A DNA stretch of 52,743 nucleotides. It comes from Gemmatimonadota bacterium (GTDB lineage: Bacteria; Gemmatimonadota; Gemmatimonadetes; Gemmatimonadales; GWC2-71-9). Under the pieces are notes generated by a model. That model did not search any database. It was given only the letters and a program-made list of their open reading frames with translations, and was not told the DNA's origin. The position numbers were made by a program, and so were the translations under genes. Below are positions 8,432 through 17,535 of the stretch, piece by piece. Where the stretch lies: NCBI GenBank assembly GCA_003221005.1, contig QHTZ01000068.1, forward strand, positions 1-52,743, given 5' to 3'. The first letter of the stretch is position 1. Every line of letters begins with the position of its first letter.

Positions 8432-9271
8432 CTACGCTTTGACCTTCTCGTCGCTACGGCTCTGCGGCAGGGCCTCCCCGGACGCACGTTGGGGGAGTGC
8501 AGGCGGGGTAGCGGCCTCGGACCGCTTTCCGACCGCTTCGAGGAACCCTTTGAAGAGATCGATAGGGATGGGGAAGATGGTCGTGGAATTGTTCTCCGAG
8601 GCGATCTCGGTGACCGTTTGCAGGTAGCGCAGCTGGATCGCGGCGGGCTCGGCGCCGATGATGTGCGCCGCCTGCGCCAGCTTCTCGGAGGCCTGGAGCT
8701 CGCCCTCTGCGTTGATGACCTTCGCCCGGCGCTCGCGCTCCGCTTCAGCCTGGCGGGCGATCGCGCGCTTCATCTCGGGCGGCAGGTCGACGTCCTTCAC
8801 TTCAACGGCGGACACTTCCACGCCCCAGTCCTCGGTGCGCTTGTCGATAATGTTCTTCAGGATGTCGTTGATCTTCTCGCGGTTCATCAGCAGCTCGTCG
8901 AGCTCCGTCTCGCCGAGCACCGAGCGCAGCGTGGTTTGGGCGAGCTGACTCGTGGCGTAGAGGTAGTTCTCGACGCCGATCACGGCCTTCACCGCGTCCT
9001 GCACCCGCATATAGAGGACCGCGTTCACCTTGATCGAGATGTTGTCGCGCGTGATCACGTCCTGCGGTGGGATGTCGAGGGCCACCACGCGGAGCGAGAC
9101 CTTCTGCATCTTGGCGAACAGGGGCGGGAGGTAAATGAGCCCGGGGCCCTTGGCGCCCCAGGAGCGGCCGAGAAAGAAGTAGACTGCGCGCTCGTATTCC
9201 CGCAGCACGCGCAACCCCGAAAAGAGGTACAGGAGAATCGCGCCGATCGCGGGGAGAAGGATGCCGCCCAT
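8432..9271 (-). CDS. SPFH/stomatin (slipin) family protein
   Basis: N-terminal [40 protein letters not shown]. Confidence 0.95.
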   Translation of the reverse strand: MGGILLPAIGAILLYLFSGLRVLREYERAVYFFLGRSWGAKGPGLIYLPPLFAKMQKVSLRVVALDIPPQDVITRDNISIKVNAVLYMRVQDAVKAVIGVENYLYATSQLAQTTLRSVLGETELDELLMNREKINDILKNIIDKRTEDWGVEVSAVEVKDVDLPPEMKRAIARQAEAERERRAKVINAEGELQASEKLAQAAHIIGAEPAAIQLRYLQTVTEIASENNSTTIFPIPIDLFKGFLEAVGKRSEAATPPALPQRASGEALPQSRSDEKVKA

Positions 9272-9289
9272 CTGGGATTTCCTCCGGCT

Positions 9290-10498
9290 TCAGGCGGGAA
9301 GGGCTTCCACGATCACGGCCGCGCCCTGACCACCGCCGATGCAGGCCGAGCCCAGCCCGAACCGCTGCTTCCCGAGGCGCAGCGCGTGGAGCAAATGAAT
9401 GGTGATGCGCGTGCCCGTCGCCGCGAGCGGGTGGCCGATCGCGATGGCCCCGCCGTGCACGTTGGTGCGAGCGCGGTCGAGGCCGAGCTCCCGCTCCACG
9501 GCGAGGTACTGCGGGGCGAATGCTTCGTTCACCTCGACCAGGTCCATCTGCTCGAGACGCATCCCCGCCTTCGCGAGCGCTTTGCGCGCCGCCGGAGCGG
9601 GGCCGATTCCCATGAACCTGGGCTCCACCCCTGCCACGGCCCACGCGACGAGGCGGCCGATCGGCTTCAGGCCGTGCGCCTGTGCGTAGTCCGCGCCGGC
9701 GATCACCGTCGCCGCCGCGCCGTCCACAATCCCTGAGGCGTTGCCCGCGGTGACGAGTCCGTCCTTCTTGAAGTAGGGCTTGAGAGACAGCAGCACGTCG
9801 AGCGTCGTCGCCGGTCGCATGTGCTCGTCGGCCCGGAACTCGACCGTCTCACCCTTCTTCCCCTTCACAGGCACGGGCACCACTTCGTCCTGGAACACGC
9901 AGGCGTCCCACGCCTGCTTGGCGCGCTGTTGCGAGGCTAGGGCCACTTCATCCACCTCCCGGCGCGTGAGCTTGTAGCGTTCCGCCAGGCCCTCGGCGGT
10001 CTCGGCCATGGAGAGGCCGCACTGCGGGTCCTTGAGCGCCTCCCACAGCAGGTCCTCGAGCGGCGCGGGCGGCCCGAGGCGGATCCCCCAGCGGGCCCCG
10101 CGCACCACGTGCGGCGCCTGGCTCATCGACTCCGTGCCGCCCGCGAGCACCGCGTCGGCCTCGCCCAGCAGGATGAGCTGGGCCCCCTGCGTAATCGCCT
10201 CGAATCCCGAGCCGCACAGCCGGTTGACGGTCACGGCCGGCACCTCGATCGGTAAGCCCGCCTTGAGGCCGATGTGCCGGGCACCGTAGATCGCATCCGC
10301 GGACGTCTGGAGGGCGTTGCCGAAAACGCTGTGACCGATCTCGTTCGCCGGGACGCCCGAGCGCGCGAGGGCGTGGCGGGCCGCGACGGCCCCGAGTTCG
10401 ATGGCCGAGAGATCCTTGAGCGTGCCGCCGAAGGCGCCGAACCCGGTCCGGACCCCCGAGAGGAACACGACGTCTTTGGTGGAACCCTGGGTCTTCAT
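9290..10498 (-). CDS. acetyl-CoA C-acyltransferase (thiolase)
   Basis: NRLCGSG, NEAF, GHPLAATG, CIGGGQG catalytic motifs. Confidence 0.95.
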   Translation of the reverse strand: MKTQGSTKDVVFLSGVRTGFGAFGGTLKDLSAIELGAVAARHALARSGVPANEIGHSVFGNALQTSADAIYGARHIGLKAGLPIEVPAVTVNRLCGSGFEAITQGAQLILLGEADAVLAGGTESMSQAPHVVRGARWGIRLGPPAPLEDLLWEALKDPQCGLSMAETAEGLAERYKLTRREVDEVALASQQRAKQAWDACVFQDEVVPVPVKGKKGETVEFRADEHMRPATTLDVLLSLKPYFKKDGLVTAGNASGIVDGAAATVIAGADYAQAHGLKPIGRLVAWAVAGVEPRFMGIGPAPAARKALAKAGMRLEQMDLVEVNEAFAPQYLAVERELGLDRARTNVHGGAIAIGHPLAATGTRITIHLLHALRLGKQRFGLGSACIGGGQGAAVIVEALPA

Positions 10499-10563
10499 GG
10501 GGAATGCTCCGCAGCAACCATCTCAGACGGCGGAATATGGACGGCAGGGGCGGGCGGCGGTAG

Positions 10564-11595
10564 TCACACGGCCCGCGCCACCGCCGCTGCGACTTCCTGG
10601 GTCGTCGCCGTTCCTCCGGTATCCGCCGTTCTCACTCCCGCAGCGAGGACGGCGCGCACCGCCTGTTCGAGCGCTCGCGCCGCGTCCCGCTGGCCCAGCT
10701 GCTCGAACATGAGGGCGCCCGCGAGAATCGCCGCGACGGGGTTCGCGACGTTCGTGCCCGCGAGCGCCGGCGCCGAACCGTGCACCGGCTCAAACAGCCC
10801 GGCCCGGCCCGGGTGTAGGTTGGCGCTCGCGGCGAACCCGAGCCCCCCGATGAGGGCCGCGCCCAGATCTGAGAGGATGTCGCCGAACAGGTTGTTCGTG
10901 ACGATCACCTGAAACCGCTCAGGCTCGCGAATCAGTTCGAGCGCGAGCGTGTCGATGAAGCGGTGCTCGGCGATTATTCCGGGAAACTCGGCGCCTATGT
11001 CCTTGAACTTCTGCTGCCAGATACGGTGCGCGGGAATCGCATTCGACTTGTCGCTCATGGTCACACGCGTGCGACCCTGCGCCTTGGCCCACTCGAACGC
11101 CGCGCGAATGATCCGCGACACGCCGGCCACGGTGTTCACTTCTTCCGCGATGTACTTCCCTCCATCGATGCGCCCGCGGCCCAGGTAGACTCCTTCCGTG
11201 TTCTCGCGAAAGATGACGAAGTCAATAGTCGCACTGTCCCACCTTAGGGGAGTCAAGTCGGGGTGCAGAAGCTTGACGGGGCGAAAATTGATGTAGAGGT
11301 CTAACCGAATCCTGAGGCCCAACAAGATGTCCCGGGCGTGTTCATTTCCCGGTACGCGCGGGTCGCCGAACGCACCGACGAAAATGGCATCCGCCTCGTT
11401 TCGCAGCTTCCTGAACGCCTCATCTGGCAGCGTCTCCCCCGTTTTGAGGTAGTGGTCTGCACCGTATGGAAAACGCTGCCACTCGAGGGCAAAGCCATGT
11501 TTCGCGGCTGCTCGATCGAGCACCGGAATCGCGGTCTCGATGACCTCGGGGCCGATTCCGTCCCCGGCGATGACAGCGATGCGATGGGTCTTCAC
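10564..11595 (-). CDS. isocitrate/isopropylmalate dehydrogenase family enzyme
   Basis: GTG start 11595; GDGIGPEV, RENTEG, NLFGDILSD, FEPVHGSAP. Confidence 0.9.
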   Translation of the reverse strand: MKTHRIAVIAGDGIGPEVIETAIPVLDRAAAKHGFALEWQRFPYGADHYLKTGETLPDEAFRKLRNEADAIFVGAFGDPRVPGNEHARDILLGLRIRLDLYINFRPVKLLHPDLTPLRWDSATIDFVIFRENTEGVYLGRGRIDGGKYIAEEVNTVAGVSRIIRAAFEWAKAQGRTRVTMSDKSNAIPAHRIWQQKFKDIGAEFPGIIAEHRFIDTLALELIREPERFQVIVTNNLFGDILSDLGAALIGGLGFAASANLHPGRAGLFEPVHGSAPALAGTNVANPVAAILAGALMFEQLGQRDAARALEQAVRAVLAAGVRTADTGGTATTQEVAAAVARAV

Positions 11596-11621
11596 GGTCC
11601 CACCGTCCGACCGTCCGACGC

Positions 11622-12263
11622 TCACTCGAATCCCGTGGGGCGGCCGCAGCTCGCGCAATAGGCCCACCCCACGTCGACCTCGCTGCCGCAGGCGGGGCAG
11701 CGCAGCTCGCCCGAGGGCGGCTGCCCGCAGTGCGGGCAGAAGTTCACCTTGCGGCCGGCGGGCAGCGTCCCGCCGCAGTAGGCGCACTGCGGCGCGCGCG
11801 TCTCGGACTCGTCGAGAGCGAAGTGCGAGGGAGCGACCGGCTCCTCGTCCGCGTCGCCCGGTTCTTCGAGCGGGGCCGCCGTCACCGAGGGGGAGGGGGG
11901 GGCGTACGCCCGCTCCCCCTTGAGGAAGCGCTCCGCCGCGATGCGGTTGATCATGATCTGGGCGTCGGGGAAGTTGCGGAACAGGGCGGTATCGGGATTC
12001 GTGGCCGCCGCCTCGCGCTGCAGCGCCTCCTGTACGTCGGTCGGCTCGAGGCGCGCGTAGCCGCGCTCGCCGGCGAGGAGGCGCAGCACGGTCATCTCGT
12101 AGTCCTGATGGGTGGCGACGTTCAGCTTGGCCCGGTTGGAGCGGTAGGGGACCAGGCGCTCGTACAACTCGGCGCTCGCGAACGGCACCGCGAGCCGCCC
12201 GGGCCCGGCTTCGGCGAGGGCCTCGACGAGCCGGCCGAACAGGCGGTCCAGCTCATCCGCCAT
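11622..12263 (-). CDS. double zinc-ribbon domain protein
   Basis: C-terminal CAYC, CPHC, CPAC, CASC pairs. Confidence 0.8.
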   Translation of the reverse strand: MADELDRLFGRLVEALAEAGPGRLAVPFASAELYERLVPYRSNRAKLNVATHQDYEMTVLRLLAGERGYARLEPTDVQEALQREAAATNPDTALFRNFPDAQIMINRIAAERFLKGERAYAPPSPSVTAAPLEEPGDADEEPVAPSHFALDESETRAPQCAYCGGTLPAGRKVNFCPHCGQPPSGELRCPACGSEVDVGWAYCASCGRPTGFE

Positions 12264-12267
12264 GAGA

Positions 12268-12300
12268 CCCGTTTCCCGTTTCCCGTCTCCCGTTCCCCGT
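12268..12300. repeat. (CCCGTTT)-type heptamer tandem array
   Basis: cccgttt cccgttt cccgtct cccgttc cccgt fills the intergenic gap. Confidence 0.85.
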
Positions 12301-12803
12301 CAGCGCCATTCGCGCACCCACCGCTCGTACAGCACCGGCGTCACGCCGCCCTGCGCGAGCACCTCGATCCCGGACGGGTCCCGGTACGGCTTGCGGTAGA
12401 ACACGTGCGTGACGCCCGAGTTGATCATCAGCTTGGCGCACATCACGCACGGCGACGCGCTGATGAAAACCACCTTGTCCCGCACGCTTCCCGGCGCCTT
12501 CACGAGCGCGTTCATCTCAGAATGGATGCAGCCGCAGCTCCCAGGCACGGCGGAGTCGCACTTGTTCGGGAGTCCGCGGGCGTTCCCGTTGTAGCCGATC
12601 GCGAGCACGTTCTCGAGCTGCTGGTCAGTGACGACGGTGCCGACCTGGAGGCGGGTGCAGGTGGAGCGCTTCGCCAGCTCCTCCGCCATGCGCATGTAGA
12701 CCTCGTACAGCGGGATGCGCTGGACCGGGGGCGCCGCGGCGCCGTCGGGGAGGAGGTTCAGGTGATGCGTGTTGGCCGGTACTCCGTCCTTATACACGCT
12801 CAT
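12300..12803 (-). CDS. dCMP deaminase (ComEB-like)
   Basis: Start ATG 12803; RSTCTRLQVG, GYNG, HSEMNA, SPCVMC zinc motifs. Confidence 0.88.
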   Translation of the reverse strand: MSVYKDGVPANTHHLNLLPDGAAAPPVQRIPLYEVYMRMAEELAKRSTCTRLQVGTVVTDQQLENVLAIGYNGNARGLPNKCDSAVPGSCGCIHSEMNALVKAPGSVRDKVVFISASPCVMCAKLMINSGVTHVFYRKPYRDPSGIEVLAQGGVTPVLYERWVREWR

Positions 12804-13380
12804 GCAGCTCCCGGTCGGGGTCGTAGTCGGCGTACAGTCCGTCGCCGCGCGCGCGCTGGCGGGCGAGCCAGGCATCGAAGCCCGAGGGTACGAGCCCGTT
12901 CGAGCGTTCCTGGCGCTCGGCGGCGTGCATCGCCAGCGTGTTGGCGTATTCGTTCTTGGGGTGGCCGGCGTGCCCGCGCACCCAGCGCCACGCCACGGTG
13001 TGAGCGGCGGCCGCCTGGACCAGCTTCTGCCACAGCTCCAGGTTCTCGATCGCGCCGCCCTTCCGCTTCCAGCCCCGCGCCTGCCAGTCCTTCACCCACG
13101 ACGACATGCCCTTGATGAGATACTCCGAGTCGGACACGTACACGACGTCGGCGTGCTGCCAGCGCCGGCGCAGCCACTCGAGCGCGGCGATCGCCCCGGC
13201 GAGCGCCATCTTCTGGTTGGTGGTATCCGGGGAGCATTCGAAGAAATCCCAGCGGGCGAAGCTGTCCCCCGCGGGCGCCTCGATCAGGGCGGCGTTGCCG
13301 CCCGGATTGGGCGGCTCTGTGCCATTGCCGAGGCAGCTCTCGTCGGCGTGCACCAGCACTCGCGTCGCGGGCGGAGGCAT
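12790..13380 (-). CDS. rnhA: ribonuclease HI family protein
   Basis: DESCLGN, TTNQKM, SDSEY, NLELWQKL, WVRGHAGHPKNE. Confidence 0.85.
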   Translation of the reverse strand: MPPPATRVLVHADESCLGNGTEPPNPGGNAALIEAPAGDSFARWDFFECSPDTTNQKMALAGAIAALEWLRRRWQHADVVYVSDSEYLIKGMSSWVKDWQARGWKRKGGAIENLELWQKLVQAAAAHTVAWRWVRGHAGHPKNEYANTLAMHAAERQERSNGLVPSGFDAWLARQRARGDGLYADYDPDRELHERV

Positions 13381-13383
13381 GTC

Positions 13384-14142
13384 TCAGGGCTGAATCACGA
13401 CAGGGATGTCGGTATACCGCAGGATTTCCTCCGCGTGGGACACCACGACGCCGCTGGGCCGTCCCTCCTGGCGGGTCACATGCGCGCCCGCGAACAGGGC
13501 GTCGCAGCGGATGCGCTTCACCACCCGCGCGACCACCTCCCCCGGCGTGCCGGGCTCGATGTGGGTGACGAACACCACGCGCTGCAGGGACAGCGCGGCC
13601 TCGGCCTCCCCAACTACCTGCAGGCCCGCCTCGCGGTCCGCGGCGGCGTGAATGACGTGCACCGTGCTGCCGACGATGCTCGCGAACCGCGCCGCGAGGT
13701 CGAGGGCGCGCCGGCTCGTTTCCCGCCCGTCGAAGGCGATGGCGCAGGAGCGCATCGGGGAGGCCACACCCGCGCACACCACCACACAGCGCTCCGCGAT
13801 GCGAATGAGCGACGCGACGGTTGGCCCGAGCGCCTCCCCCTGGCTCGTGACGCCGTGACGCCCCACCAGAACCGCGTCCGCGGGCTTCGCGAGCTCGGCC
13901 AGCACCACGTCGGGCTCGCCTTGCCGCTCGACCAGCTCCGCGACGAGCCCGGCAGCGAGGACGCGCTCGCGTGCCCGCTCCAGCATCGCCCCCGCGTCCG
14001 CCTGCTTGGCCCCGCCCCCGCTCTCGCGCACGTGCGCGACCGTGATCGTGCTGTGGAAGCGCTCCCCCAGCACCACGGCTTGCTCGAGCGCCCCGTCAGC
14101 GCGGGGGCTCCCGTCCAGGCCCACCAGCAAGTGTGTGAACAC
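13384..14142 (-). CDS. universal stress protein (tandem USP domains)
   Basis: HLLVGLDGS and AIAFDG starts, IPVVIQP end. Confidence 0.85.
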   Translation of the reverse strand: MFTHLLVGLDGSPRADGALEQAVVLGERFHSTITVAHVRESGGGAKQADAGAMLERARERVLAAGLVAELVERQGEPDVVLAELAKPADAVLVGRHGVTSQGEALGPTVASLIRIAERCVVVCAGVASPMRSCAIAFDGRETSRRALDLAARFASIVGSTVHVIHAAADREAGLQVVGEAEAALSLQRVVFVTHIEPGTPGEVVARVVKRIRCDALFAGAHVTRQEGRPSGVVVSHAEEILRYTDIPVVIQP

Positions 14143-14144
14143 GG

Positions 14145-14381
14145 CTACGGCAGCACCGCGAAGGTCTCGAGCTCACGCAGCCGGAACGTCAGGATCTCTC
14201 CCGTCATCGGCAGCCTTCCCTCGAGCAGCTCGTCACGCGGCCCCGTGTCGAGGCGCTCCGCCACGACCACAAACTCGGTGCCACGGCGCCGCAACGCCAC
14301 CCGCCGGCGCTCGCGCACCGCCCGCTCCAGCGCGTCCAGCGCCTCCGGCGTGAGCGTCCGGAACTCCTCGATCGCGGCCAC
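14145..14381 (-). CDS. small hypothetical protein
   Basis: Fits gap between selD and USP gene with tight spacing. Confidence 0.65.
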   Translation of the reverse strand: MAAIEEFRTLTPEALDALERAVRERRRVALRRRGTEFVVVAERLDTGPRDELLEGRLPMTGEILTFRLRELETFAVLP

Positions 14382-14393
14382 GCGAGCGCTCCT

Positions 14394-15449
14394 CTAGTGT
14401 ACCTCGATGCCGCCCGGCGTCCCCGCCACGACCCTCCCGATCACGGCGGCCGCGGGCGTATGCTCGCGCGCGAGGGCCGCGACCAGGGCATCGGAACGTT
14501 CCGCAGGGACCGCGAGCAGCAGGCCGCCCGACGTTTGCGCGTCTACCAGGAGGACGCGCGTCACGGCATCCACGCTTGCGGCGAACCGCACCGCTTCCCG
14601 CAGGCTGTCCGCGTTGCGCGTCGTACCGCCGGGGATGGCACCGCGCTCTGCCATGTCGCGGGCGTGAGGCAAGAGCGGGACGGTGGCCGCCTTCAGCTCC
14701 GCCGCCGCTCCACTCGCAAGCAGCAGGCTGTGCAGGTGACCCAGCAGCCCGAACCCCGTCACATCCGTGCCCGCATGCACGCCCACCGCGAGCATGGCCC
14801 GCGCGGCGCCAGCGTTGAGGGTCGTCATCGCCGCCACCGCTGGCCCGAGCTGCTCTTCGGTCAGGAGATCGCGCTTCAAACCGGTCGCCAGCACGCCCGT
14901 ACCGATCGGCTTCGTGAGCACCAGGGCATCGCCGGGCCGCGCCCCGGCGTTCGTGACGACGCGCGCGGGATGCACTTCGCCCACCGCCACCATGCCGAAC
15001 TTCGGCTCCGGGTCGTCGACGGAGTGCCCGCCCAGGATGAACGCTCCGGCTTCGCGCACGACGTCGGCACCACCCTTAAGCACGTCACCCAACAATTCGA
15101 GGAGCGCGGTCTCCCGCGGCCACCCGACGAGGTTCAGCGTAAAGAGCGGAGTGGCCCCCATGGCGTAGATGTCGGACAGGGCGTTCGCGGCCGCGATGCG
15201 ACCGAAGTCATAGGCGGAGTCGACGATGGGCGTGAAAAAGTCCACCGTCGCCACCACCGCGCGATCCGCCGTCAGCTGAACCACGGCGGCGTCATCGCGG
15301 GTCGAGGCGTCGACGAGGATCCGAGGATCCGTCGCGAGCGGCACGTGGCGCAAGACCTGCGCCAACTCGGCGGGGCCGAGTTTGCAGGCTCAGCCCGCGC
15401 CGTGCGACAGGGCCGTCAGCCGGATCGTGGTCACAGGTTCGGTAGACAT
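14394..15449 (-). CDS. selD: selenide, water dikinase containing selenocysteine at codon 20
   Basis: ATG 15449 MSTEPVTTIRLTALSHGAG-TGA-ACKLGPAELAQVL continues in frame into TVDFFTP, NALSDIYAMG, GGHSVDD, DVTGFGLLGH, DAQTSGGLL. Confidence 0.95.
15355..15389 (-). promoter_or_regulatory. candidate bacterial SECIS hairpin
   Basis: Right after TGA: GCCTGC-A-AACTCGGC-CCC-GCCGAGTT-GGC-GCAGGT, 8-bp upper stem plus 6-bp lower stem. Confidence 0.7.
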
Positions 15450-15466
15450 CGTCCACCGAAGATACT

Positions 15467-15838
15467 CTATCCGAGCACCCAGGCGAGAATTGCGCCGGCG
15501 AGAACGTAGCGCACGACGTCGCGCAGCGTTCTCGTCACGGCGGTGCGGCGGTCGAGCGCGCCCGCGGTCGAGCCGGGGAAGCGCGCGAGCGCGACCATCA
15601 ACCCCGCGAGCCCGAACAGTAGCCACCAGCCGCCGTGACCGAGCGAGTCGAACCAGAGCGACCCGAAGAGCGTAACCGCGGCTGCCTCGAGGGCTCGCCA
15701 CAATACGTCGCGCGGCGTGAACACTGCTCTCCGACCGCTGGTGTCCGGGGACGGCTCGCGATCTGGTTCTCCTGCGCCCACGATGACGAACTCCAGCGTG
15801 ACCGGCAGCCACGCCAGCAGCAGCCGCGTGAGCGTCAC
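15467..15838 (-). CDS. hypothetical membrane protein
   Basis: GTGA overlap with upstream stop; several hydrophobic segments. Confidence 0.65.
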   Translation of the reverse strand: MTLTRLLLAWLPVTLEFVIVGAGEPDREPSPDTSGRRAVFTPRDVLWRALEAAAVTLFGSLWFDSLGHGGWWLLFGLAGLMVALARFPGSTAGALDRRTAVTRTLRDVVRYVLAGAILAWVLG

Positions 15839-17535
15839 TTCCTGGCGCGCCGCTCGGGCGCCACGTACCCGGGACCGCGCAGGCCCCGCCCCGGACGCGC
15901 GGCCGTGAGCGTGCCGTGGCTCAGCACGATCTGCCCGTTCACCAGCACGAACACGATTCCGGCGGAAGGCTGGTGCGGTCGCTCGAAGGTCGCGCGATCG
16001 CTGATGGCGTTGGGGTCGAACACGGTGATGTCGGCGTACATCCCGGGGCGGAGCAGGCCGCGGTCGTGCAGACCCACGCGCTGCGCCGGGAGCGACGTCG
16101 CCTTGCGGACCGCCTGCTCGAGCGGCAGCAGGTTCAGGTCGCGGACGTAGTGGCCGAGGATCCGGGCGAAGGTGCCGTAGGCGCGCGGGTGGGTCCCGTC
16201 TCCCGCGAACGGCCCATCGGGGGCGACGCCGCCCGCGTCGGTGTCGAACGCCGTCCACCAGGCCTTGAGTGCGAGCTGCACGTCCGGCTCCGCCATCAGG
16301 AAGTAGATCGCGCTGGTGCGGGCATGCTCGGCGATGACGAGATCGAACAGCGTCTCGATGGGATCGGCGTGGCGCAGCGCCGCCACCTCGGACAGCCGCT
16401 TGCCCGTGAGCTGTTTGAGGGAGTCTGCGAAGGGGAGCACGAGCACGCCCGCCGGACCGCCCGCTGCCCGCAGGAACCGATCGGTGGGTTGCGGGGGCGC
16501 GAGCAGCTCGGCGCGGATACGTGCGCGGGCGGCGGGGTTGCGCAGGCGCGCGATCAGCGAATCGACCCCGCCCGCGTGGGCCCAGCCGGGGATCGAGGCG
16601 TCGAGCGACGTGGCGGCGGCCTGGTACGGGTACAGGTTCGCCGTGACGTCGAGCCCCGCTGCCCGCGCCGAGTCGATGCGCACCAGCACGTGCGGCATCC
16701 GCCCCCAATTGAGGCGGCCGGCCACCTTCAGGTGCCAGATCTCGGCCGCGATGTCGGCCTCGCGCGCGATGCGGAACACCTCGTCGAGCGCTGCGTCGAT
16801 CGCGCCGCCCTCACTCCGCATGTGCGTGGCGTAGAGTCCACCGTGCCGCCGGGCCGCTCGCGCCAGCGCCACGAGCTCGTCGGTCGGCGCGTACAGCGCG
16901 GGGGCGTACTCGAGCGCCGTGGACACGCCGAGCGAGCCCTGCTCCATCGCCGTGTCCACGAGCGCCTGCATGTGGGCCAGCTCCGCGGCAGTCGCCGGAC
17001 GGTCCTCGTTCCCCACGACCACCATGCGGAGCTGCGTGGCGCCGACGAACGTCGCGATATTGACCGTGGAGCCGGTGCGCGCGAGGTGGGCGAAGTACCC
17101 GTCGAGGTCGCGCCAGTCCTCCTGGAAGTGGTACTTCCGCATCAGGTCGGAATCGGCCGCGACCAGCTGCTCGGTGAGCGGCGCGATACTGCCGCCCTCC
17201 CCCGTGACCTCGGTCGTAATCCCCTGGGTCACCTTCGAGAGCACGCGGTTGTCGATCAGCACGTTCTGCTCGGATTGGCCGAGCATATCGATGAAGCCCG
17301 GGGCGACGACGAGGCCGCTCACATCGAGGGTCTCGCGGGCCTGCGCCCCGTCTAGGAACCCGACCGCCACGATCCGATCGCCCCGGACGCCCACGTCCCC
17401 GCGGTATTTCGGGTTGCCGCTACCGTCCACAATCCAGCCGTGCCGCAGCACGAGGTCTAACCGACTCTTCCCCCCTCCCACATCCCCCTTCCCGCACGCT
17501 GCGAGCACGACGAGCGCCACGACGAATCCTCTCAT
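15835..17535 (-). CDS. N-acyl-D-amino-acid deacylase family lipoprotein
   Basis: Start ATG 17535, lipobox VLAAC; VAPGFID, HPRAYGTFARILG, RGLLRPGMYADITVFDP. Confidence 0.88.
   Translation of the reverse strand: MRGFVVALVVLAACGKGDVGGGKSRLDLVLRHGWIVDGSGNPKYRGDVGVRGDRIVAVGFLDGAQARETLDVSGLVVAPGFIDMLGQSEQNVLIDNRVLSKVTQGITTEVTGEGGSIAPLTEQLVAADSDLMRKYHFQEDWRDLDGYFAHLARTGSTVNIATFVGATQLRMVVVGNEDRPATAAELAHMQALVDTAMEQGSLGVSTALEYAPALYAPTDELVALARAARRHGGLYATHMRSEGGAIDAALDEVFRIAREADIAAEIWHLKVAGRLNWGRMPHVLVRIDSARAAGLDVTANLYPYQAAATSLDASIPGWAHAGGVDSLIARLRNPAARARIRAELLAPPQPTDRFLRAAGGPAGVLVLPFADSLKQLTGKRLSEVAALRHADPIETLFDLVIAEHARTSAIYFLMAEPDVQLALKAWWTAFDTDAGGVAPDGPFAGDGTHPRAYGTFARILGHYVRDLNLLPLEQAVRKATSLPAQRVGLHDRGLLRPGMYADITVFDPNAISDRATFERPHQPSAGIVFVLVNGQIVLSHGTLTAARPGRGLRGPGYVAPERRARK

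Noticed and set aside
7853-9736. Long alternative-frame ORFs (e.g. 7853-9736, 12769-14397, 20619-22547, 24925-26775, 48131-48838 extension)
   Set aside because: Arg/Ala/Pro-rich shadow ORFs expected at high GC, overlapping genes with clear family motifs
12300-13380. RNase H plus deaminase as a retron or anti-phage module
   Set aside because: No reverse transcriptase, no kinase-deaminase fusion or ncRNA seen; host-like composition within a housekeeping run
14394-15449. selD as a pseudogene with a premature stop
   Set aside because: The TGA sits exactly at the catalytic Cys/Sec position with a hairpin after it, and the rest of the gene is intact
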